64,000 nucleotides of DNA from Octopus sinensis. Its lineage: Eukaryota. This document shows, piece after piece, positions 54,733 to 64,000 of this stretch. The DNA lies in assembly GCF_006345805.1 (NCBI RefSeq), contig NC_043009.1:55800001-55864000 (forward strand), read 5' to 3'. Positions within the stretch are counted from its first letter, which is position 1; every line of letters begins with the position of its first letter. Under the pieces are notes generated by a model. That model saw only the letters and a list, made by a program, of their open reading frames with translations, was not told the origin of the DNA and made no database searches. Both the position numbers and the translations under genes were made by a program.

Positions 54733-55135
54733 AAGGCGGCGAGTTGAGAGGATCGTTAATACGCCGGGCGAAATGCTTAGCGGTATATCGTCGGCCGTTA
54801 CGTTCTGAGTTCAAATTCCGCCGAGGTGGAATTTGCCTTTCATCCATTCGGGGTCGATTAAATAAGTACCAGTTACGCACTGGGGTCGATGTAATCGACT
54901 TAATCCGTTTGTCTGTCCTTGTTTGTCCTCTCTGTGTTTAGCCCCTTGTGGGTAGTAAAGAAATAGGTATTTCGTCTGCTGTTACGTTCTGAGATCAAAT
55001 TCCGCCGAGGTCGACTTTGCCTTTCATCCTTTCGGAATCGACAAAGTAAGTACCAACTGCCAGTCAAGCACTGGGGGTCGATTTAATCAACTTGCCCCTT
55101 ACTCCAAAGTTTCAGACCTTGTGCATATTGTAGAA
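54733..55135 (+). mobile_element. SINE family 2 plus a partial second copy
   Basis: aaggcggcgag...gagttcaaattccgccgagg; the body restarts at about 54965. Confidence 0.75.
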
Positions 55136-55818
55136 AAGAATATTATCCACTCTGTGTAGTTATCTTTCATATCACTTTCCACTGAATGTCCAACTCTCTC
55201 GATAAACAAATCTTAGAACATACATCTCATTTTCTTCTTTGATGAAGAGTTCAACTCCAAACAACAGAATTTATTTCGCCACTCAGTATGACGATATACC
55301 AACATACCAAATAAAGGGCCTTTATGTAAAGGGTTCTCAACCCCACAAAAATGCATTTTAGAGTTCCAAGGGAAGGAGGTGAATTGGGACAGATATTGGC
55401 TTCACATGTTGGCACAAGGCCAGTATTATCATGGAGGGGGTCAAGTCAATTACATCAACCCCAGTATTCAACTGGTACTTATTTTATCGACCCCAAAATG
55501 ATGAAAGATAATTTCATCTGAATTCTGAATTTGAATTCAGAACGTAAGAAATGCTACTTTGCATGTTGCGCTAATTATTGTACCAATTCGCCTTGGACTA
55601 ATATTCAGTAAAGAATAGTATCCTATAGATAACCTATCTTTTTAAGAAACAGAAATAACATCTGATAAGGAATTCTTGATAACAACATCTCTGAAAAAAA
55701 AAGCCAGATTTTTCCCGGAGGGACAGATTTTGACCAAGGATCATCTTGATTAGTGATGATGTAGAGTTAAACAACATTAGCCTACCAAAATACTTTATTT
55801 CAATATTAAAAGTCATAC

Positions 55819-55982
55819 CTCCATGAAAAATAATTTCTTTGACTTTGCGTGTTCAATCATTTCTTCTGTCTGCTTAGTGTTATTAGCACAAGTTTGCTCA
55901 CACAGAACAGGTTTGCCATTGTTAAGCATGAGAATGGAAAGAGGATGATGGAAACAATTGATTGTTGAAATGTACACCAGAT
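55819..55982 (-). CDS. DHDH: DHDH copy C exon 3
   Basis: 164 bp; DLVYISTINCFHH...VLCEQTCAN...LFFME. Confidence 0.85.
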
Positions 55983-56528
55983 CTATGAAATGGAATAAAA
56001 AGAATATCTTTTAGCTAAATGATTTATTTATATAGCTGTTTCATTTGTTGACCAGGTCTGCACTGTGGATACATATATGCATGTCTTTGCTTGCAGAGCT
56101 CTGCAGAAACAGAGTCACTTTGTTATCACGAAATCGTGAGTTCTATCTTACTTCACAACACCTTGGGCGGGTTGGTAAAAGTTTTATGAGTGAAATTTGT
56201 GGATGAAAACTGTATGGAAGTCTGACATGTATATAGTGTGTGTATATGTGAATGAGTGTGTTTGTGTGTGTGTTCGTGAGATATATATATATATATAAAG
56301 GGAGAAAGTGTGGGAAAGAGTAATAGAGAGAGTGTATATGTGTTTACCTTCTTCGTTTTACAAGAAAATCATTGAAACTAAGACGTTAATGTCTGTTGAC
56401 ATTCCTTCTCAATAAAATCATTCGCAAGTCCTGCACTTTCATCTTTGTTTAAAAGGAAAATATTATTTAGAAAGTAAACAAATTTTAAAAAAATACATTA
56501 TCAGATTTAGATTTAAAATATTTCATAC

Positions 56529-56640
56529 CTATGTTGGGATCTTTAGCAAATTCTTCGTAGCTGTCATACACATTCGGTATCTTAAACTTCTCTGCAAATT
56601 TCTTAGCCTTCTCTAAAGATTTGGATACCACCGCAGTTAT
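56529..56640 (-). CDS. DHDH: DHDH copy C exon 2
   Basis: 112 bp; ITAVVSKSLEKAKKFAEKFKIPNVYDSYEEFAKDPNI. Confidence 0.85.
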
Positions 56641-57281
56641 CTAGATAAAAAAAAACCCAGTAAATTAATTGTATTGTGAAACTGCTTTTTGAGGGGTGCA
56701 GGAATCAATGGATTGTTGTTAATGTATAGAAATAAGGATTTATAAATCTACTGATATAATATTATTAATAACAGTTGAAAACTTTGGCACAAGGCCAGTA
56801 ATTTTAGCGGGGGGGTGGATAGGTTGGTTATATCGACCCCAGTGCGCAAATTATGATAATGATGATGATAATTCTAGATACGAAAGAGAAGTCGTTCGAA
56901 GTCCCATATCTTCACGAGAGAGAAAAGAAAGAAAAAGGGTAGATTCTTTTTGCTATTTTTTTAAAGCATTCTTCTGTTTCATTCAAAAGAAATTACAATT
57001 TCGAAAAAAAAAATGCCAAATCTTTTACAAGTTTGATCTTCTCCGATTTATGTTCTCTTCTGTTCAAAATACATTATGTCTGAGGTGGGTGGTAAAACAA
57101 AGCAAAACAGGAGGATCACAGCGAGAAAACGTTTCGTCTAAAGTCTGCTCTACCAGACTAAATAACAGCGGTTGCAGTTTGTTGTGAATAGAATGACATT
57201 GTAAGCGAAAGGTATCAAGTGAAAAGTACCAAGAAGCTTAAATAAATAAATTAGAAAGAAAATGGAAAAATCTTTGCTTAC

Positions 57282-57365
57282 TGTGTGTTCAGAAGGATTC
57301 AAACATTGCAAAGCATTGCAGAAGTCGTTTGCAATAAAACCTGGCGAACAGATTCCCCAGCGCAT
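57282..57365 (-). CDS. DHDH: DHDH copy C exon 1a
   Basis: MRWGICSPGFIANDFCNALQCLNPSEHT|gtaagc; TATAAAAG at 57455-57462. Confidence 0.75.
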
Positions 57366-58129
57366 TGTTTCTCTGTTTGAAATATACTTGCAAAATAAAC
57401 TTGTAGCTGGTGGTTGCTCTATTTAACACAAATAATTAGGTCTATTGCAAGCTTCTTTTATACAGGTCGTCTACCTCATTGAATCATTATTATCAACGAA
57501 CAATAACTCTCTTCCTTTTTCTGTCGTGTGCTTACATTAGAATTCAATATTATTATTTAACTAGCATAGTCCTGTTATCAGAAATGCCGACAGTTCTGTT
57601 AAAGATAGAAATGGTACATAAAGAGAATGGAAGAAACCATTACTAAATATCAGCAATCCAGTCAATACAGGGGTTGAACAAAATAATGGAAACGCCTAGC
57701 ATCATAGCATCATAATTTTGAAATATCTATAAAACCGTCAAAATCTTGTTTATTTTTGTTTTTTGATTTATTGGTAGTGTTGCCTAATATGTTTTGCTAA
57801 AATTGCTGTTTCTTTTCAGATATCATCAGTAAAAGGTAATTAAAATTTATTGAAAAACCGAATGCCAAATCTTTTACAAGTTTGATCTTCTCCGATTTAT
57901 GTTCTCTTCTGTTCAAAATACATTATGTCTGAGGGGTAAATAAAACAAAGCAAAACGGCAGGGTCACAGCGAGAAAACGTTTCGTCTAAAGTCTGCTCTA
58001 CCAGGCTAAATAACAGTGGTTGCAGTTTGTTGTGAATAGAATGACATTGTAAGCGAAAGGTATCAAGTGAAAAGTACCAAGAAGCTTAAATAAATAAATT
58101 AAAAAGAAAATGGAAAAATCATTGCTTAC

Positions 58130-58213
58130 TGTGTGTTCTGAAGGATTCAAACATTGCAAAGCATTGCAGAAGTCGTTTGCAATAAAACCTGGCGAACAGA
58201 TTCCCCAGCGCAT
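58130..58213 (-). CDS. DHDH: DHDH copy C exon 1b
   Basis: Same peptide as 1a; TATAAAAG at 58303-58310. Confidence 0.7.
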
Positions 58214-58479
58214 TGTTTCTCTGTTTGAAATATACTTGAAAAATAAACTTGTAGTTGGTGGCTGCTCTATCTATAATAAATAATTAGGTCTATTGCAAAC
58301 TTCTTTTATACAGGTCGTCTACCTCATTCAATCATTATCATTATCTCCTTTTTCTGTCGTGTGCTTAAATTAGAACTCAATATTATCATTTAACTATCAT
58401 AGTCCTGTTATCAGGAATGCCGACAGTTCTGTTAAAGATAGAAATGGTACATAAAAAGAATGTTAAATATCAGCAATGG

Positions 58480-59390
58480 ACAAAATAATGGAAACACCTT
58501 AAACATCATAATTTTAAAATATCTGTAAAACCGTCGAAAGCTTGTTTATCTTTATGTTTTTTGATTTATTAGTAGTGTTGCTAAATATGTTTTGCTAAAA
58601 TTGCTGTTTCTTTTCAGATATCATCAGTAAAAGGTAATTAAAATTCATTAAAATGATACGTCTATCGGACTTTCAAATAGGTCAAATTGTTGGTGCTCGT
58701 ATGGTATATCAAGAAGTAATGTCTCGAAAGTAATGACAGCCTTTGAGAAAGAGGGAAAAACCTCCTAGTCGAAACAAAACTCCCGGTAGAAAAACAGAAA
58801 TTTCAGATATGGAACGTCGGACTCTTACGCGAATTGTTAGAAAGGATCACGAACGTACAGCTCCTAAAATGACTGTAGAGATTTATGATCACTTCGAGAA
58901 CCCAGTTTCCACAAAAGCTGCTCGTCAGGAGTTGCACTAAGCAGGATTTCACAGGAGGGCTGCAATCAGAAAAGCACTAATTTCAAAAACAAACTTTGCA
59001 AAGGGTTTAGAGTGGAGTAAAAAATATCTACAGAATTGGTCTCTAGAGAAGTGGAAGAATGTTATTTTCACGGACGAGTCATCTTTTACCTTATTCCCGA
59101 CAACCGGCCGAGTATACGTGTAGAGACAGCCAAAAGAAGCATTTGACGCAGACTGCCTTCTTCCAGCTGCTAAATCATGGAGGAGGATCTTTGATGATCT
59201 GGTGGGCTATATCTTGGAAGTCCGCTGGCCCAATGGTCTCCCTTCATAGCGGAATTAATAGTCAAGATTATTTAAGCATTTTATCTGATCAAATTCATCC
59301 TACGGTTGCGGAACTGTTTCCGGAGGGAAACACAAAGTTTTACAATGATGATGCATCAATTCACACAGCTACAGTTCCGAAAATATAATC
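58480..59390 (+). mobile_element. Tc1/mariner transposon relic (degenerate transposase, 3'-truncated)
   Basis: MIRLSDFQIGQIVGARM...GRK...WKNVIFTDES...HGGGSLMIW...DDASIHTA across stops and frameshifts. A TA|CAGGGG TIR start is preserved in the duplicate at 57666-57845. Confidence 0.8.
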
Positions 59391-59396
59391 GTCCAC

Positions 59397-59495
<99 letters not shown>

Positions 59496-60065
59496 GTAGG
59501 TATGTACATATATGTATGTATATATGCATATATTTATATATCATTTATATTATTATATGATCGAACGCCACACATCCTTTTCCAAGTAAGTTTTATCTTA
59601 ATAATTGCGATGCGCACTCTTCTCCTCTAACTTCTATCTGTTCTCTGTCTATCTCCCACTCTTGATCTTCCTTCTTTCTGTTTTTCTCTCCCGCCCTTTC
59701 CATATTCTTCTCCTCTCCCCTTCACCGTTCCCTCTCTCTCTCATTCCTCCTCCTTGACTCTCTCGTCGCTGACACGTGACGAAAAGCGATCTGTCTTTCT
59801 TGCTTCTTCTTACTTCGTAAAGAGAAGACGTGCTTTTAACTGTCTCTTCTCATAGCTCGTCTTTCTAGCGTCCATAATTTTTCACATCGTCTTTGCTTAA
59901 CAGCCCTCACCGTTTGTTTTTACTGTTTTGTTGTCAAAGTCCTGTTTTTGTTACCACTTTCAACTTCCGTAAAAAATCACAAATTTTATTTAATTTGCTT
60001 TGCGGGAAGGATTGTTTCAACGAAGTCGCGTATTGTCCTTACATTCGAACCGCGGAGTACAGAGA

Positions 60066-60104
<39 letters not shown>

Positions 60105-60370
60105 GCATCAACTTTTGCGTGCTCATATGGATCAGACATATTTTGTACAGCCGTATGCTCTTCCGATCGCTAACCCTTACTTCTTTCCAAGTAAGGTCAT
60201 ATTTCATGATAGCCAAAGATCACGTGAACGATTGAATACAAAGAACACATCTTGCATGAAAGTGACACTCTCATACAATTGTTGCAGATGTCAGGACAAC
60301 GAGGAAATAAAACAGAAACACACATACACACACACACACACACACACGTATAGATATATGTATATACATA

Positions 60371-61879
60371 TGATACATTGCTTTCGCTTTCCGTCTACCA
60401 TATCCACTCGTAAGTTTTTTGTCACCACCAGGCTATAGTAGACGACACATGAGGTCTCACGCTGTTAAACATGACCTCTCCGTAAATATTTGTCTGGTTG
60501 TTTAGCTGTTGGACAGCATCGAAACATATTCGCCAGTGAGAATAGCAAAACGTGTTGCTAAACATGACCTAAATACATGCAGATATGTATGTACTAATTT
60601 TTTATCTTCGCGACAAATTTGACAATAATCTTTGCAGCATTTAAACATGTGTTTGACGGCTGTATATAATACATACAACTAGAGCTATTGTAAGTGACTA
60701 CTTTTCACGGTGCTGCTTTTATTGAGGATTACTATGGTGAAGAGCATCATTATTCAAGAGACACGTTATATATGTGTAGGTAAAATAAGCTGTTTGTATA
60801 ATGAAAAAATAAAAGCTGCAGTCGGGTTACAGGTTTTCCCACGAACTTATCACGAACTTAAAATACACATCTGAGTTTAGTAGTGACGAGGGAATGTCTG
60901 TGACAGAATCTAGAGCAAATATTAAAGAGGATAATTTAGAAAAAAAGCAGCGTTCTTATGTTTATCTTGCCTACGTTTACAAATTTTCACACACACACAC
61001 ACACACACGGGGCCTACGAAGGTAATGTAGTCAGTTGAGAAACATTTTCAAGAGAGTTAGTAAACAAAGCTGATCTGTAGGGGTTGTGGTTATGGCGGCG
61101 TTGGGTAAGGGTTAAAATTAAATAAATATATAAATAAAAAGAGGGTAATATTTTGATTTAAAGATTGATATTAGTGAAGTGAAGAAAGAGTGAAAGAGAG
61201 AGGGAGGGAAGGAGAAACCGAAACAGAGAGATAGGGAGAGGACATGAGAGAGAGAGAGAGAGATTAGCGAGAAAGAGTTACAGAATGGAGGGGACAGAAT
61301 GAACAGAATCTTGGGAAAGGGTTGTAGAATGGACTATCAACATGTTTTTGTCCCATTTCTCCTGTTCAACTAAACCTTCCAGACTTCGTTGTCACCGGAG
61401 TGACTAACTCGTTGAGTCGTCACCGACTGTGACTAACTGATTTTTGTTTGGGGTGTGCTTGCTTTTATAACTATCCAGAAGGATAGATATATCATTGAGA
61501 ACAATAGATTTTTGTTTGGGGTGTGCTTGCTTTTATAACTATCTAGAAGGATAGATATATCATTGAGAACAATAGATTTTGTTGGTGGCCTTGTTATCTC
61601 TATTCTAACTTTTGGTGACGTAGAAGAGGTTAGAAAGGGTCAAGTGGTGAAGACATTATTTCGGCCTAGCTAAAGGCATCTAGAAAATGTAAAACTGCTG
61701 TCACAGAAGAAACATTGTTCCACCATGGGAGAAGTTCTGTTGCAGCGTTAATTTAAATTTGGCTATGGTGGATCGAATCCACTTCATGCTTGCAAGATCC
61801 ACTACATATGTTTTCCACATATTTTCAACTCATAATTTTGCCACGTGGTGTATACTGAATCTACAGTATTTTTGCCCCT

Positions 61880-61957
<78 letters not shown>

Positions 61958-62142
61958 AATATTATATATACACATACACATACACATATACATGCACACA
62001 TACATACACATATACATACACATACACATATACATATACATATACATACACAGGCAGACACATAGATAGATATATACATACATACATACATACATACATA
62101 CATACATACATACATACATACATACATAGAGAGATACATAGA

Positions 62143-62178
<36 letters not shown>

Positions 62179-64000
62179 AAGACAGACAGACAGACAGACA
62201 AATAAATGGAGTTAAACGCAGGTGTTATTCAAATTCTTTTACTTCCGAAATATGTTTCGAAGACTACTCTGGTATTATTCCAGAGGGAATAAAATGGTGT
62301 AAAACAATCTTCTCATCAGGGAAAGAAAGAAACCAAGCACATCAATAAGACATTTTAACAGAATGTGATGACTGTGTATATGATGAAGGGAACGCTATCG
62401 AGTTCTTTTAAAAAACCGTTAGTAGATATAACGTCAAAGGTAGTTTATAGAAAGTGGAGGAGAAAGAAATTAGCAGAAAAATAATAGTAGAGAGATATAG
62501 AGCGATAGGTGAATTTGAAAATAAAGCTCAAAGGCATGGAAGTAGATATATTTAGTGAAAGGGAAATGTAAGAAGACAGTCAAAGGTCAAGTTTTATAGA
62601 ATGGTAGAAATCACTTATTGGAACTAAAATTATGTTTCTGCCAATATTTGCAACGATAAACGCGTTCTATAAACGTGTTTTCAAGGGGATTCTTTTAGAA
62701 TAGGATAAAAAACATTTCAGTATTACAAAGCGAACAAAAAGATTTACCTTTGTCATACGGTAAAGAAATAGAGAGAATATTCCATTCCAAATCAAATTGT
62801 TTATGATCTTTTAGATCCCATATTAATTTAATAAACCCAACATTGTTACGTTTATTGATATGCCTAAATGTTGAGTAATGATTAGATATTCTTTTGGACA
62901 ACTGAGATGAAGAACTACCTATTTAAAAAAAGACGTCAGACCCGGAAGTAATTTTACATTGATAATGTAAGGTTTTCCTAACACAAAAAATCCTTCACAA
63001 ATCATCTCTTCGGATAATAATAAGTTGTTAAATACAAATCCACTTAATGAAAATATTAACTATAATTTTGTTAACACTAGCCATTCTTTAAATAATAACA
63101 ACAGCGGGGTTATTGCTTCTGAAGTTGACTCCTATCGTATACGTATTCTTCGCAGTAATTCTAACACAAGACACCGTTTATCGATGTAAAATTACTTTTG
63201 GGTCTATAAACACTGGAATGCTGAGATACAAAATGCTGAGATACAAAATCAAATGAAAAGACAGAAAAAAAGAAAGCTGCATCCATGTGGCGTATCTGTC
63301 CTATGGTTCCAGAGTCAATTATTTCTCTTAGAGCTTTATAAGCTGGGAAGAAGTTGGACCACAAAGCCTAAGGAGAAAGCATTTATGTTGAAAAAAAGAA
63401 AGAATGTTTAAAGTGAGGAATAAGAATGAAAGAAAGGAACTTATGTATAAAAAGATACAAGCGAATGTTGAAAGAAATATTATAAAAGACCAGCTTATTT
63501 CTGTTATTTTTCATCATGTTATTCTGTGTTGCGATCTTTAATATTATACCACTACGTTCCTCACCTCTGTTTCTATTAAGTTTTCACAGATAAGGTACAT
63601 TACTAAGCGTATAATTTACAAATAAAGCACATTATGGATCCTCTTTATAAGGGCTGATGTATATTCAATGAACAGCAACGTGCCAAAATGCACAATTTTA
63701 GAGTTAAGAGACATACCTCCATGAAAAATAATTTCTTTGACTTTGCAAGTTCAGTCATTTCTTCTGTCTGCTTCGTATTACAAGCACAGGTTTTCTCACA
63801 TAGAACAGGTTTACCATTGTTCAGTATAAGAATGGAAAGAGGATGATGGAAAATGTTGACCGTTGAAAGGTACACAAGATCTATGAGTAAAACGAAATTA
63901 TATTAGTTTTCTTTGCTATCAAAGTAATGCGTTTGTGTAATTCAAGTGTGTTATATAGAATTAATTGTTTAATATTTACACTTGTCTATCTTGCGTGTGC
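60371..64000. repeat. Segmental duplicate of 18424-29746 with two large deletions
   Basis: 60371-60465 = 18424-18518; 60466-63216 = 21117-23820; 63232-64000 = about 28980-29746. Confidence 0.85.
63217..64000 (-). pseudogene. DHDH: DHDH copy D: duplicate of B truncated in exon 4 (exons 1-2 lie beyond the window)
   Basis: Exon 3 at 63717-63880 is intact. Exon 4 starts at 63367 and is broken at 63217, reading on to a stop at 63161 (…FVSQHFVSQHSSVYRPKSNFTSINGVLC*). Exons 5-7 are absent. Confidence 0.85.

Larger units (their letters stand above)
43349..58213 (-). pseudogene. DHDH: DHDH-like copy C: frameshifted and catalytically degenerate (pseudogene, or pseudo-enzyme if the frameshift is a sequencing error)
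   Basis: Exon 1 at 57282-57365 or 58130-58213; exons 2-7 at 56529-56640, 55819-55982, 53745-53996, 50978-51102, 50567-50717, 43349-43473. All splice sites are canonical. Exon 4 is 252 bp (253 needed) because one T is missing in the run at 53925-53928. Confidence 0.7.
57012..58648. repeat. Tandem duplication (about 850 bp x2) containing copy C exon 1, its TATA box and a Tc1 left end
   Basis: Units start aatgccaaatcttttacaag at 57012 and 57861. Confidence 0.9.

Overview
Eukaryotic animal DNA, AT- and microsatellite-rich. The SINE repertoire strongly resembles octopus/coleoid cephalopod repeats (inference). The host genes are a minus-strand tandem array of DHDH-like genes (dimeric dihydrodiol / D-xylose dehydrogenase, Gfo/Idh/MocA family) with a shared 7-exon structure that I reconstructed from GT/AG sites. 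Copy A spans 1-9853 and runs off the left edge in exon 6. Copy B (24228-39108) is a complete 333-aa frame with three tandem exon-1/promoter units. Copy C (43349-58213) has two exon-1/promoter units and one homopolymer frameshift. Copy D (63217-64000) is a near-identical duplicate of B whose 3' half is deleted. Remnants of further lost paralog sequence lie at 13.8-21.1 kb. The paralogs are nearly identical in exons 2 and 6 but very different in the exon-4 active-site loop, and B and C have lost different catalytic residues. Mobile DNA includes a nearly intact R4/Dong-type LINE and a truncated relative in (TAA)n tracts, fragments of Tx1/L1, CR1, Penelope, Gypsy and Tc1 elements, two non-autonomous Helitrons, MITE-like fold-backs and many tRNA-derived SINEs. 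Exon coordinates were read base by base. Repeat boundaries are approximate. Mammalian DHDH residue numbers are from memory and need alignment confirmation.
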